Of a DNA stretch of 64,000 nucleotides, positions 45,284-55,525 are shown piece after piece. The DNA comes from Chloroflexia bacterium. Lineage in GTDB: Bacteria > Chloroflexota > Chloroflexia > DTKN01. The notes beneath the pieces were generated by a model. That model made no database searches. It was not told the DNA's origin and saw only the letters and a program-made list of their open reading frames with translations. A program made the position numbers and the translations under genes. The stretch is taken from NCBI GenBank assembly GCA_049970175.1, contig JBMFNL010000001.1:364-64363 (forward strand), in the 5' to 3' direction. Each line of letters starts with the position of its first letter. Positions within the stretch are counted from its first letter, which is position 1.

Positions 45284-46740
45284 ACGGGTTTCGCCAGAGC
45301 CTCCTGGTAGCCCGAAGGGAACTCAAGGACAGCCTGACCGATTGGCGTGTGATCACTCCGGTCATCATCCTCACCTTTCTCTTCCCCTGGCTGGTGCTTC
45401 TGACCGCCGATGCGGGAATCGATTTTTTGGAACGCTACAGTCCGGGGTTGGTATCGAAACAACTGATCCCCTTTGCCACCATGATCGTAGGTTTTTTCCC
45501 GACCTCCTTCTCTCTGGTCATCGCCCTGGAATCGTTCGTCGGAGAAAGGGAACGGAACACGCTGGAATCGCTCCTTTCCTCCCCCATCTCCGACCAGGCC
45601 CTCTACCTGGGCAAGTTGCTGTCTTCGCTGGCCCTGCCCCTGGTCGGCAGCCTGATCGCCATTGTCCTCTTCGCCCTGAACCTGCCCGGCTTTACCGGGC
45701 GTGTGGTGGCATTGGATCTCCTGGGGCAGATCGCCTGTTTGGCGGTGACGCTAACGGTGGGGATGGTGGCCGGGGCGGTGGTGGTCTCCAGCAACACGAC
45801 CAGCGTGCGGGCCGCCAACCTCCTGGCCAGTTTCATCGTGATTCCGGCCATGGTGATGATCACCTTCCAGAGCCTGATCGTGGCCTGGGACGTCCGGCCG
45901 GCCCTCTGGCTCCTGGCCCTGGCCCAGGCCGTCGCCGATGCCGCCCTGATTCGGATGGGCATCCGGCTCTTCAACCGGGAGAACCTGCTGGCCCGGACGA
46001 TCGATCGGATTGACCTGCGGAGGACGTGGCACACGTTGCAGAATTTCCTGCGCCAGGAGCCGGAAGCCGCCCTGGCGGGCCGGCCCTCCGCCCCTTTGAC
46101 GCTCGGCCGGCTGTACCTCCGCGACCTCCCCCAGATCCTGCGCCGCAGCCGGGGTGCCGCCCTCGTCGTGGTGGCGGCGCTGGTCCTGGGGGCGGCGGCG
46201 GGTTGGGGGCTGGCCCGAACCCATCCGCTGACCCCCCAGGCGGCCGAGCGGTGGGATTTGACCCCGGAGGCCGTTCACCAGAGCCTGCTCCGCTTGCGGG
46301 AGGCGCTGGGATACTGGAACTGGACGCCGCTGGCCGTTTTCCTTCAGAACGTGCGCTCGATCCTGCTGACCGCCCTGTTCGCCCTGGTGAGTTTCGGCGT
46401 TTCTGCCACGGCCCCGCTGCTCCTGGTCTCCGGTCTGGCCGCCTTTATCCTAGGCGAGGCCGCCGGCGTCGGCTTTCCCCTGGGGCCGCTGGCGGCCCTC
46501 CTGTGGCCGCATGGCTTGCTGGAGATACCGGCCGCTTTCATCGCCGCGGCCGTGGCCCTGCGCATGGGGGCCTCCGTTCTGGCTCCCCTTCCAGAGCGGA
46601 CCCTAGGCGAGACGCTCCTTTCGGGCCTGGCCGATTTCCTCAAGGTCTTTTTCCTGCTGGTGCTCCCGCTCCTCCTGGTGGCGGCCTTTGTGGAGGTCTA
46701 TGTGACTCCCCGGGTCGCCCTCTGGATTCTGGGAGGATAG
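45280..46740 (+). CDS. ABC-2-type transporter permease (large, ~12 TM)
   Basis: MNGFRQSLLVARRELKDSLTDWRVITPVIILTFLFP...; ATGA overlap with the ATPase stop. Confidence 0.8.
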   Translation: MNGFRQSLLVARRELKDSLTDWRVITPVIILTFLFPWLVLLTADAGIDFLERYSPGLVSKQLIPFATMIVGFFPTSFSLVIALESFVGERERNTLESLLSSPISDQALYLGKLLSSLALPLVGSLIAIVLFALNLPGFTGRVVALDLLGQIACLAVTLTVGMVAGAVVVSSNTTSVRAANLLASFIVIPAMVMITFQSLIVAWDVRPALWLLALAQAVADAALIRMGIRLFNRENLLARTIDRIDLRRTWHTLQNFLRQEPEAALAGRPSAPLTLGRLYLRDLPQILRRSRGAALVVVAALVLGAAAGWGLARTHPLTPQAAERWDLTPEAVHQSLLRLREALGYWNWTPLAVFLQNVRSILLTALFALVSFGVSATAPLLLVSGLAAFILGEAAGVGFPLGPLAALLWPHGLLEIPAAFIAAAVALRMGASVLAPLPERTLGETLLSGLADFLKVFFLLVLPLLLVAAFVEVYVTPRVALWILGG

Positions 46741-47484
46741 ATGCCGGTGACAGCGTTGGATACAGGGAAGGATATCCCCCCTCCGGATCCACCGCTCACA
46801 CCAAGGAAAAAGGTGTGCCTGGCCCCCTCCATCCTCTCGGCCGACTTCGCCCGGCTGGGAGAGGAGGTCCGAGCGGTGGAGGGGGCCGGCGCCGACCGGC
46901 TGCACGTGGACGTGATGGACGGGCGCTTCGTGCCCAACCTGACCTTTGGCCCCCTGGTGGTACGCGCGCTGCGGCCGGTGACCCGCCTGCCGCTTTACGT
47001 GCACCTGATGGTGGAAGAGCCGGAGCGGCTTCTACAGCCCTTTGTCGAAGCCGGGGCCGACGGCCTCATCCTCCATGTCGAGGCCTGCCCCCATCTGCAC
47101 CGCCTGGTCGGTCGGGTTCACGAACTGGGCTGCCGGGCCGGCGTGGCGCTGAATCCGGCCACCCCACTGGTTGCCCTGGAGGAAATCCTGCCTGAAGTGG
47201 ATCAGGTACTGGTGATGTCGGTCAACCCGGGCTGGGGTGGGCAATCCTTCATCCCCGCCAGCCTGGGGAAGATCGCCCGGCTGAGGCGAATGCTCCTGGA
47301 ACGCGGCCTGGAAGGGGTAGAAATCGCCGTGGATGGCGGCATTGACGAGCATACCGCTCCCCAGGTGGTACGGGCCGGAGCGGACGTTCTGGTGGCCGGG
47401 GTGGCCATCTTCGAGGCGGAGGAGGGGCCGGCCGCGGCCGTGCGCCGGCTGCGCCGGGCCGTTGCCAAAGCGTTGAAAGCGTAG
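46741..47484 (+). CDS. rpe: Ribulose-phosphate 3-epimerase
   Basis: ...APSILSADFARLGEEV...HVDVMDGRFVPNLTFG...MSVNPGWGGQSF... Confidence 0.85.
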   Translation: MPVTALDTGKDIPPPDPPLTPRKKVCLAPSILSADFARLGEEVRAVEGAGADRLHVDVMDGRFVPNLTFGPLVVRALRPVTRLPLYVHLMVEEPERLLQPFVEAGADGLILHVEACPHLHRLVGRVHELGCRAGVALNPATPLVALEEILPEVDQVLVMSVNPGWGGQSFIPASLGKIARLRRMLLERGLEGVEIAVDGGIDEHTAPQVVRAGADVLVAGVAIFEAEEGPAAAVRRLRRAVAKALKA

Positions 47485-47494
47485 GAGGTGTCCG

Positions 47495-47890
47495 ATGAAG
47501 CGTCCCGATGGCATTGCGCTGCTCAGCATCTACCATTTCCTGGTGGCCGGCCTGAGCCTGCTGGGGTGTTGCCTCCTGGCCCTGGTGCCGTTCATCGTCG
47601 CCGCGGCCGTATCCCCCTGGCGGCCGGGCTACGTCGCCGTGCCTGTCGTGGCCCTGGCGGTGTTGCTGGGCCTGTTCCTCCTCCTGCTCTACGGGGCGGC
47701 CCACGCCGCCGTCGGCTGGGGACTCTGGAAGTTGCAGCCCTGGGCCCGCCTGGGGGCCATCGTGCTGGCCATCATCGACCTCCTGGCCTTTCCACCCATC
47801 AGCACGGCCATCGGGGCGCTGGCGTTATGGTATCTCTTCCAGCCCGAGGCGCGGGCGGCCCTGGGGGAAATCCCTCCGGAGGCATCGTAA
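47495..47890 (+). CDS. Small 4-TM membrane protein (hypothetical)
   Basis: AGGAGGTG SD; entirely hydrophobic helices. Confidence 0.6.
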   Translation: MKRPDGIALLSIYHFLVAGLSLLGCCLLALVPFIVAAAVSPWRPGYVAVPVVALAVLLGLFLLLLYGAAHAAVGWGLWKLQPWARLGAIVLAIIDLLAFPPISTAIGALALWYLFQPEARAALGEIPPEAS

Positions 47891-47901
47891 TTCCCCGCAC
47901 G

Positions 47902-48846
47902 ATGGTTTCCGTCTCGGTGGTGATCCCGAACTATAACGGCCTGGAGCATCTGCCGGCCTGTCTCGAGTCCCTGCGCGCCCAGCGCTTCCGGGATTTTGAA
48001 ACGATCCTGGTGGACGACGGCTCCGCCGACGGCTCCGCCGAATGGGTGCGCCGGCACCACCCCGAGGTGCGGGTGCTGGAACTGCCCCGCAACATGGGAA
48101 TGGCGGCGGCCGCCAACCGGGGCTGGCGCCTGGCCGCCGGCCGGGAGATCGCCCTGCTGAACAACGATACCCGGGCCGACCCCGGCTGGCTGGAGGCGCT
48201 GGTGGAAGCGGCGGAGACGCACCCCGAGATTCCTTGTTTTGCCAGCAAGATCCGGCTCTTTGACCGTCCCGGCGTGCTCCATGCGGCCGGCGACCTCTAC
48301 GGGGTGGACGGCATCCCCCGCAATCGGGGGGCCTGGGAAGAGGACCACGGGCAGTACGATGAAGCGCTCGAGGTCTGGGGGCCGTGCGGGGCGGCAGCCT
48401 GCTACCGACGGGTCCTCCTGGAGGAACTGGGAGGGTTCGACGAGCGGCTTTTTATGTACCTGGAGGATGTGGACCTGGCCTGGCGGGCCCAGTTGCGCGG
48501 CTATCGCTGCCGCTTTGTTCCCCAGGCCATCGTCTACCACAAGGTCAGCGCGACCGGCGGGGGGGCGCTGGCCTCCTACTATGTGGGGCGCAACACCCTG
48601 CTGGTGCTGGCGAAGGATATGCCCGGGCCGCTCCTGCGCCGGCACTGGGGGGCGATTGTCCGGGCCCAGATGCGCATCGCCACGGAAGCGCTGCGCCACT
48701 GGCGCGGGGCCGCGGCTCGGGCCCGCCTGCGGGGGCAACTGGCCGGCCTGCTCCTCCTTCCGGCCTGGTGGCCGGCCCGCCGGAGGGTGCAGGCCGGCCG
48801 GACGGTCTCCCTGGAGGAACTGGCCGGCCGGTTGGTGGGAGGGTAA
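47902..48846 (+). CDS. Family 2 glycosyltransferase
   Basis: MVSVSVVIPNYNGLEHLPACLESLRAQ...ILVDDGSADGS...LNNDT... Confidence 0.8.
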   Translation: MVSVSVVIPNYNGLEHLPACLESLRAQRFRDFETILVDDGSADGSAEWVRRHHPEVRVLELPRNMGMAAAANRGWRLAAGREIALLNNDTRADPGWLEALVEAAETHPEIPCFASKIRLFDRPGVLHAAGDLYGVDGIPRNRGAWEEDHGQYDEALEVWGPCGAAACYRRVLLEELGGFDERLFMYLEDVDLAWRAQLRGYRCRFVPQAIVYHKVSATGGGALASYYVGRNTLLVLAKDMPGPLLRRHWGAIVRAQMRIATEALRHWRGAAARARLRGQLAGLLLLPAWWPARRRVQAGRTVSLEELAGRLVGG

Positions 48847-48847
48847 G

Positions 48848-49636
48848 GTGGCCGGACCCGCCATCCTCATCGCCTGCCAGCGGGAAGGTTGGGGCTTTAT
48901 CCCGGCCCTGGCCCGGCGCTACAACCTGGGAGTGGAAGTGGGCGATTTTGCCGACCCGGACCTCCTGGAGGACGACTGGCGCGGCCGGCTGGAGGAACTC
49001 CGTCCCCTGCTCCACCAGATTCCCGGGGAACGCGCCCTCCATGGCCCCCGCTCCGACCTCAACCCCGGCCTGCGCGACCGCGGCCTGGTGGCCTTTTGCC
49101 GGGAGCGTTACCGGAAGGCACTGGCGGTGGCCGTCGAAGTCGGGGCCGGTACGGTGATTTTCCACACCGGCTACAACCCGCTGATCCGCGCCCCGGGCTT
49201 TGACCGGCGCTGGCTGCGCCGTAGCGCCGACTTCTGGCGGGAAATCGGGGAAGAGGCCGGCCGGCTGGGGCTGCAGATCCTCCTGGAAAACGTCTGGGAA
49301 CCACACCCGGCCGTGTTGCGCGACCTCCTGGAGGCCGTCCATTCCCCCACCGTGCGGGCCTGCTTCGACGTGGGACACGCCAACATCTACTCTCGGCAAC
49401 CGCCGGAGGAGTGGCTGTCCGTCCTGGGGGGGTATGCCGCCTACATCCATCTGCATAACAACGACGGCCGGATGGACGTCCACGGCCCGCTCACCGAGGG
49501 CACGGCGGATTTCTCCCGCTTCCTGCCGCTCCTGGCCATGCATCCTCAGCCTCCGCGTTTGGTCCTGGAGGTCTCGGGCGACGAGGAGACCGTGACGGAA
49601 AGCCTCTTCTTCCTGCGCCGGAGACTGGGGCAATGA
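48848..49636 (+). CDS. Sugar phosphate isomerase/epimerase (xylose-isomerase-like TIM barrel)
   Basis: ...FHTGYNP...LLENVWEP...CFDVGHANI...IHLHNNDG; GTG start with GGGAGGG SD right after the GT2 stop. Confidence 0.7.
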   Translation: MAGPAILIACQREGWGFIPALARRYNLGVEVGDFADPDLLEDDWRGRLEELRPLLHQIPGERALHGPRSDLNPGLRDRGLVAFCRERYRKALAVAVEVGAGTVIFHTGYNPLIRAPGFDRRWLRRSADFWREIGEEAGRLGLQILLENVWEPHPAVLRDLLEAVHSPTVRACFDVGHANIYSRQPPEEWLSVLGGYAAYIHLHNNDGRMDVHGPLTEGTADFSRFLPLLAMHPQPPRLVLEVSGDEETVTESLFFLRRRLGQ

Positions 49637-49785
49637 CGGCCAGGCGAGGCTCCGGCCGCCGCATCAGAAGATGCCTATGGGGCGTTGGGCGAGGCGCCGT
49701 GTGAAGCAGGCCGGAGCGCAGCGACGGCCGTATCGAAATCAAGCCTCGCCCAACGGCCGGCAAGCATCTGCGTCAAGCGGCCGGG

Positions 49786-49814
49786 TTGTGTATTCCCTGA
49801 GGGCGATGTATAAT
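49786..49814 (+). promoter_or_regulatory. sigma70-like promoter (TTGTGT-17-TATAAT) for tatA-gmhA
   Basis: TTGTGTattccctgagggcgatgTATAAT. A 7-bp hairpin GGCCGGCcgcagatGCCGGCC lies in the 5'UTR. Confidence 0.4.
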
Positions 49815-49866
49815 GCGGTACACGATCGGCCGGCCGCAGATGCCGGCCGGAACCGGAGGCAAGACG

Positions 49867-50058
49867 ATGTTTCGAACCATCGGCGTTCCCGAACTGGTGA
49901 TCATCCTGCTCATCCTCCTCCTCATCTTCGGCGCCTCTCGCCTGCCGCAACTGGGCCGGGCCATCGGGCGGACGATCCGCGAGTTCCGCGAGGGACTGTC
50001 CGGGAAGGGGGAGGAGAAGGAGAAAAGCGAGGAAGAGCAGGAAGAAAGGGAACGGTGA
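49867..50058 (+). CDS. tatA: Twin-arginine translocase subunit TatA/E
   Basis: MFRTIGVPELVIILLILLLIFGASRLPQLGRAIGRTIREFREG...; GGAGG SD. Confidence 0.8.
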   Translation: MFRTIGVPELVIILLILLLIFGASRLPQLGRAIGRTIREFREGLSGKGEEKEKSEEEQEERER

Positions 50059-50654
50059 ACGACACGACGGAGGGGCGGCAGGCCCTCCTGGCCCAGATCG
50101 AGGGGGCCTTCCGGGAGAGCCTGGCCCTGAAGGAGCAGGTCCTGGCCGGCCAGGCTCCCACCATCGCCGCCATGGCCGAGGCGCTCATCCGTTGCCTGCG
50201 GCAGGGCGGGAAGGTCCTCTTCTGCGGCAACGGAGGAAGCGCCGCCGATGCTCAGCATCTGGCCGCCGAACTGGTCAACCGCTTCCTCAAGGAGCGGCCG
50301 GCCCTGCCGGCCCTCGCCCTCACCACCGATACCTCCATCCTCACCGCCACGGCCAACGACCGGGCCTTTGCCGAAGTCTTTGCCCGCCAGGTGGAGGCCC
50401 TCGGCCGGCCGGGAGACATCCTCTTCCTCCTCAGCACCAGCGGGCGCTCGGAGAACCTCCATCGCGCCGCCTCCGCCGCCCGGGCCCGGAAGATGCGCGT
50501 CCTGGCCCTCCTGGGCGGCGACGGCGGGGGACTGGCCGAGCAGTGCGACCTGGCCCTGGTGGTGCCTTCCGCCCTCCCCCCCCGCGTGCAGGAGGTCCAC
50601 ATCCTGATCGGGCACATCCTCTGCGCGGCGGCGGAGGCAGCGCTCTTCCCCTGA
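50055..50654 (+). CDS. gmhA: D-sedoheptulose-7-phosphate isomerase (SIS domain)
   Basis: ...GGKVLFCGNGGSAADAQHLAAELVNRF...LLSTSGRSENL...; GTG start overlapping the tatA stop (GTGA). Confidence 0.8.
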   Translation: MNDTTEGRQALLAQIEGAFRESLALKEQVLAGQAPTIAAMAEALIRCLRQGGKVLFCGNGGSAADAQHLAAELVNRFLKERPALPALALTTDTSILTATANDRAFAEVFARQVEALGRPGDILFLLSTSGRSENLHRAASAARARKMRVLALLGGDGGGLAEQCDLALVVPSALPPRVQEVHILIGHILCAAAEAALFP

Positions 50655-50657
50655 AGG

Positions 50658-52370
50658 CTAGAAGCGGAATTCCTCCAGGATGGATCCACCGATGAACTCG
50701 CGCAGGATGCTGTTGTCGGGGACCAGGTAGGGAGAGCAGGGGCGAATCCACTCCAGAAAGGCCAGCAGGCGACGGGCCTCTACCCACTCCAGCGTGCCCG
50801 GCTCGATCTGGCGCAGAAGCGGCTCGGCCAGCGGCCGGAGCACGGCCAGTTCATAGGCCAGGGCCGAGTTGAACATGGTGTCGGCGTTCTCCTGGTAAGG
50901 GAAAATGTAGCGTTCCTCACCCCGGCGCACCTTCTCCCAGCGCGCAATCGTTTCCCGGGCCGAATAGCCCCGGGTCTGGGCATCGCGCACGATGCGCCTG
51001 AGCAGGCGGGTGTCGGTGGTGGGGATGCGGTTGTGCCGGTCCAGGTTGAGTTGGGAGAGGGCCGAGACATAGACCCGATAGATACACTCGGGTGGGATGC
51101 GCGGGAGCAGGTCCGGGTTCAACCCGTGCAACCCCTCGATGAGGAGGATTTGGCCGGGCCGCAGGGAGAGCGTCGGTCCCTCTTCCCGTTCGCCGCTCAG
51201 GAAGTTATACCGGGGAAGCGTAACTTCCCGTCCCTCCAGCAGGGCCAGGAGTTGTTCGCCCAGGAGTTCCAAGTCAATGGCCTCCAGGGCCTCATAGTCC
51301 GGTTCCCCCGCCTCGTCCAGCGGCGTCCGGGTGCGGGGGACGAAGTAATCGTCCAGGCTGAGCGGCAGGGGGCGAAGGCCGTTGGCCAGGAGTTGGACGC
51401 CCAGGCGCTTGCTGAAGGTGGTCTTGCCGGCCGAGGTGGGGCCGGCGATGAGCACCAGGCGGACCGTCTCGCGCCGGCCGGCGATCTCCCGGGCGATCTC
51501 GGCCAGGCGCTGGGCATGCAGGGTCTCCGAAACCAGGATGATCTCGCGCATCCGGCCGGCCTCGTTCGCCCGATTCAGGTCGGCCAGGTCCTCGATGCCC
51601 AGGAAACGCATCCACTCCCCATACTCCTGGAAGACGGCGGCCAGTTTGGGCGAATCGCGGAACGGGGGGAGGACGTTGGGGTCGCCGCGACGGGGAAAGC
51701 GCAGGATGAATCCCGGCGGATAGGGATGCAGGGCAAAGAGGCGCAGGTAGCCGGTGGAAGGCACCATGTGGCCGTAGAAATAGTCGTAAACGCCCCGCAA
51801 TTCATAGACGGTCAGATAGTCCTTCTGTCGAAAGGCCAGGAGCCGCACCTTGTCCAGGTAGGATTGCTCCTCAAAGATTTTCCGGGCCTCGTCCAGCGAG
51901 ATGCGCCGGCGGAGGATGGGCAGGTCGGCCTCGACCAGGGCGCGCATATGGGCCTCCAGCCGGGCCAGTTCCTCGGCCGTGAGGGGCTCCCGCCCCTCCA
52001 CCCGGCAGTAGAAGCCGTTCAGGGTGAGGGAATGGTCCACCACGACGCGCGCCTCGGGAAAGAGTTCGCGGGCCGCCACCACCAGAAGGAAGGAGAGGGA
52101 ACGCTGATAGACGCGCATCCCGTCGCTGTGGGCCAGGGTGAGCGGTTGGACGGCCATGTCGTGCCGGACCGGGTAGGTGAGTTCCAGGAGCCTTCCCTCG
52201 GCCAGGGCCAGCACGGCCGGCGGCGGCTCACCGGTCCGGGCTACAAAGGCCTCCAGCGGGGTGCCGACCGGGGCCTCCAGGATGCGCCCGTCCGGAAAGC
52301 GCACCTGGACCGTCTTTCGCGGCCGGCCGCGGCGGACGGGGGGAAGTTTCTTTCTCCGCTCCTCGCTCAA
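50658..52370 (-). CDS. TGS-domain + uridine-kinase/PRK-family P-loop protein
   Basis: TGS-like VQVRFPDGRILEAPVGTPLEAF... at the N-terminus; ...LIAGPTSAGKTTFSKRLGVQLL... P-loop kinase core. TTG start overlapping the pyk stop (TTGA) with a GGAGGGG SD. Confidence 0.65.
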   Translation of the reverse strand: MSEERRKKLPPVRRGRPRKTVQVRFPDGRILEAPVGTPLEAFVARTGEPPPAVLALAEGRLLELTYPVRHDMAVQPLTLAHSDGMRVYQRSLSFLLVVAARELFPEARVVVDHSLTLNGFYCRVEGREPLTAEELARLEAHMRALVEADLPILRRRISLDEARKIFEEQSYLDKVRLLAFRQKDYLTVYELRGVYDYFYGHMVPSTGYLRLFALHPYPPGFILRFPRRGDPNVLPPFRDSPKLAAVFQEYGEWMRFLGIEDLADLNRANEAGRMREIILVSETLHAQRLAEIAREIAGRRETVRLVLIAGPTSAGKTTFSKRLGVQLLANGLRPLPLSLDDYFVPRTRTPLDEAGEPDYEALEAIDLELLGEQLLALLEGREVTLPRYNFLSGEREEGPTLSLRPGQILLIEGLHGLNPDLLPRIPPECIYRVYVSALSQLNLDRHNRIPTTDTRLLRRIVRDAQTRGYSARETIARWEKVRRGEERYIFPYQENADTMFNSALAYELAVLRPLAEPLLRQIEPGTLEWVEARRLLAFLEWIRPCSPYLVPDNSILREFIGGSILEEFRF

Positions 52371-53806
52371 GTTCCCCTCCCGACGACGTGAATCTTCAAA
52401 AAGTTGGTCGGCCCGCGGGTCGTCACCGGCATGCCGCCCATGATGAGCACCCGGTCGCCGGGTTGCAGGTGGCCCCGGGCGACCAGTTCGCGCTCGACGG
52501 AGGCGATCATGCCGTCCGTGTCCTCGACAAAGGGGCACAGGATGGGGGTCACGCCCCAGACCAGGCTGAGCCGGCGCCAGACGGCCTCGTCGGGCGTGGC
52601 GGCCAGGATGGGCACGGCCGGCCGGTCCTTGGCAATCAGCCGGGCGGTGAAGCCGGAACGGGTGAAGGCGATGATGGCCTTCAGGGCCATGTCGCGGGCG
52701 ATCTCCCGGGCGGCATGGCTGATGGCATGGGCATAGGTGGGGGCCGCGTGGCCTTCGGCCCAGCGGCCGCCGATGTCGCCGCGCCGGCCGCTCCGTTCGG
52801 CCTCCTCGATGATGCGGGCCATCATGCGCACCGCCTCCAGCGGATATGACCCCACGGCCGTTTCCCCGGAGAGCATGAGGACATCGGCCCCGTCAATGAC
52901 GGCGTTGGCCACATCGGAGGCTTCGGCGCGGGTGGGACGGGGTTCGTGCATCATCGACTCGAGCATCTGTGTGGCCACGATGACCAGCCGGCCCTTCTCG
53001 TTGGCCTGCTCGATGATCTCCTTCTGCAATATGGGCACCCGCTCGGGAGCCAGTTCCACCCCCAGGTCGCCCCGGGCCACCATCACCCCATCGCTTTCCT
53101 CCAGGATGGCCGGGAGGTCTTCCAGGGCCTGGGGCTTTTCGATCTTGGCGATGAGCGGGGGCGCGCTAAAGTGCGTCCCACCGCCCTGTTGGGCGATGAG
53201 CCGGCGGGCCTCGCGGAGGTCTTCGGCGCGCCGCACGAAGGAGACGGCCACATAGTCCACCCCGGCCGCCAGGCCCACGGCCAGGTCGGCCCGGTCCTTC
53301 TCCGTGAGGGCGGGGAGGGGGAGCGCCAGGTCGGGGAAGTTGACCCCCTTGTGTTCGCCCAGGATGCCCCCGTGGATGACCCGGCAGCGCAGTTCTCCCC
53401 CTTGGGCGGAAAGGGCCTGAAGTTCCAGCCGGCCGTCATCCAGGAGGATGCGGCTGCCCGGGGGAATCGTCTCCGGGTCCGGGTAGTTGATGGGAATCCG
53501 GCCGGGGCCCAGCGCGTCCGGCCGGCCGGAGAGGACCACCTCTTCCCCCTCCTGGAGGGTCAAGGGGCCGCCGGGCAGGGTCCCGGTGCGCACCTTAGGG
53601 CCCGCCAGGTCCTGAAGGACGGCCACCGGCCGGCCGACTTCGGCGGAGATTCTCCGCACCTGCCGCAGCCGTTCCACGTGCTCCTCGGGCCGGCCATGGG
53701 AAAAGTTCAGCCGGAAGGCATCGGCGCCGGCCTCGATCAGGCCGCGGATGACTTCCTCGGAAGCGCTGGCCGGCCCCAGCGTGGCGATGATCTTGGCCCG
53801 ACGCAT
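52367..53806 (-). CDS. pyk: Pyruvate kinase
   Basis: MRRAKIIATLGPASASEEV...; complete PK barrel and C-terminal domain. Confidence 0.9.
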   Translation of the reverse strand: MRRAKIIATLGPASASEEVIRGLIEAGADAFRLNFSHGRPEEHVERLRQVRRISAEVGRPVAVLQDLAGPKVRTGTLPGGPLTLQEGEEVVLSGRPDALGPGRIPINYPDPETIPPGSRILLDDGRLELQALSAQGGELRCRVIHGGILGEHKGVNFPDLALPLPALTEKDRADLAVGLAAGVDYVAVSFVRRAEDLREARRLIAQQGGGTHFSAPPLIAKIEKPQALEDLPAILEESDGVMVARGDLGVELAPERVPILQKEIIEQANEKGRLVIVATQMLESMMHEPRPTRAEASDVANAVIDGADVLMLSGETAVGSYPLEAVRMMARIIEEAERSGRRGDIGGRWAEGHAAPTYAHAISHAAREIARDMALKAIIAFTRSGFTARLIAKDRPAVPILAATPDEAVWRRLSLVWGVTPILCPFVEDTDGMIASVERELVARGHLQPGDRVLIMGGMPVTTRGPTNFLKIHVVGRGT

Positions 53807-53821
53807 ACCTCCCTCCCCCAC

Positions 53822-54838
53822 CTAGGCGGCACCCGCCGCCACATCCAGCACCGCCGCCCCCTCAATCTTCCCCCGGCGCAGCCGTTCCAGGGCCTCGTTC
53901 GCCGCCTCCAGCGGAAAGACGTTGACCCGGGTCCGCACCGGCACCTGGGGAGCCAGCGCCAGAAACTCCAGCCCGTCCCGGCGGGTGAGGTTGGCCACCG
54001 AGCGGACGACCCGCTCCTCCCAGAGCAGGCGGTAGGGGAAGGAGGGGATGTCGCTCATATGGATGCCGCCACAGACGACCGTGCCCCCCTTGACCGTGGC
54101 CTGCAATGCGGCCACCACGAGGGGGCCGACCGGGGCGAAGATGATGGCCGCGTCGAGGGGGTGTGGAGGGGGTTCGGTGGAATCCCCGGCCCAGACGGCG
54201 CCCAGGGCGCGGGCAAACTCCTGCGCCGCCGTATCGCCCGGCCGGGTGAAGGCATAGACCTTCCGGCCCTGGTGCACCGCCACCTGGGCGATGATGTGGG
54301 CCGCCGCCCCAAAGCCGTAGAGGCCCAGGTGTTCGACATCCTCCCCGGCCAGGCGGTAGGAACGGTAGCCGATCAGGCCGGCGCAGAGGAGCGGAGCCGC
54401 CTCTAGGTCGCTATAGGCCTCCGGCAGAGGAAAGCAATAGCGCTGGTCGGCCACGGCGTACTCGGCAAAGCCGCCGTCCAGGGTGTAGCCGGTGAAGAGG
54501 GCCCGGTCGCAGAGGTTCTCCTGGCCGCGCCGGCAGTAGCGGCAGGTGCCGTCGGTATACCCCAGCCAGGGCACGCCGATGCGCTGCCCGGGACGGAACG
54601 GGGCATCCTCCCCGGCCTGGACGACGCGGCCGACGATCTGATGCCCCAGGATAAGGGGAAGTTTGGGCTCGGCCAACTCGCCGTCCACGATGTGCAGGTC
54701 CGTATGGCAGACGCCGCAGGCCAGGACCCGGATGAGCACCTGTCCCGGCCCCGGCCGGGGCAACGGCACCTCCATCCGGCGCAGGGGCCGGTGCGGCGCT
54801 TCCAGCACCATGGCCCGCATCGTTTCCGGCTTTTCCAT
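53822..54838 (-). CDS. Zinc-dependent alcohol dehydrogenase (MDR family)
   Basis: MEKPETMRAMVLEA...GVCHTDLH...GHQIVG...; AGGAG SD. Confidence 0.85.
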   Translation of the reverse strand: MEKPETMRAMVLEAPHRPLRRMEVPLPRPGPGQVLIRVLACGVCHTDLHIVDGELAEPKLPLILGHQIVGRVVQAGEDAPFRPGQRIGVPWLGYTDGTCRYCRRGQENLCDRALFTGYTLDGGFAEYAVADQRYCFPLPEAYSDLEAAPLLCAGLIGYRSYRLAGEDVEHLGLYGFGAAAHIIAQVAVHQGRKVYAFTRPGDTAAQEFARALGAVWAGDSTEPPPHPLDAAIIFAPVGPLVVAALQATVKGGTVVCGGIHMSDIPSFPYRLLWEERVVRSVANLTRRDGLEFLALAPQVPVRTRVNVFPLEAANEALERLRRGKIEGAAVLDVAAGAA

Positions 54839-54842
54839 CTCC

Positions 54843-55499
54843 CTACTCCTGAACCTGGGCCGAAGCCGGCTCCAGGGCATAGACCCCCCGGTATTCCGGG
54901 GGAAGGAGGGCGGCGACGCGCCGCATCATCATCTCGGTCAGGTGCTCCAGGACGGAGCGGGCGATCCGGCCCGTCGCCCGCTCGACCCGGAACGGCTCGC
55001 CGATGCGGAAGGTGACCGGGCCCCGACAGGGGAAGATGCGCCCCTCCGGGAGAATCAGGTGCGTCCCCGTAATGGCCGCCGGGACGATCGGCACGCCGGT
55101 GCGCAGGGCCAGGAGGGCGGCGCCGGCATGGCCCGGCCCCATCCCCGGCCGGCGGCTGCGCGTGCCTTCCGGGTACATACAGAACAGCCAGCCCCGCCGA
55201 AGGAACTCCTCCGCCCGCTGCAGGGCCCGCCGGGAGGCGATTCGCCCCCGGGCCACCGGGACCACCTGAAGGGCGCGCAGGATGGGGCCCAGGAAGGGCG
55301 TGGCAAAGACCTCCTCCTTGGCCATGAAGGTGACGCGCCGCTTCAGGACGGCGATGGGCACGACGGGATCCATCAGGTTGACATGGTTGCACACCATCAA
55401 CGCCGGCCCGGAAGGGACGTGTTCCGTCCCCTCTACCTCCAGTTCGGTAAAGATCCAGAGGAGCAGGCGTAGGACGGCCCGAACGACGGCATAGAACAT
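54843..55499 (-). CDS. plsC: 1-acyl-sn-glycerol-3-phosphate acyltransferase
   Basis: ...MVCNHVNLMDP... (HxxxxD) ...MYPEGTRS...; GGAGGTG SD. Confidence 0.8.
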   Translation of the reverse strand: MFYAVVRAVLRLLLWIFTELEVEGTEHVPSGPALMVCNHVNLMDPVVPIAVLKRRVTFMAKEEVFATPFLGPILRALQVVPVARGRIASRRALQRAEEFLRRGWLFCMYPEGTRSRRPGMGPGHAGAALLALRTGVPIVPAAITGTHLILPEGRIFPCRGPVTFRIGEPFRVERATGRIARSVLEHLTEMMMRRVAALLPPEYRGVYALEPASAQVQE

Positions 55500-55525
55500 G
55501 GCCACCTCCTCTCCAGCGTCCCGCT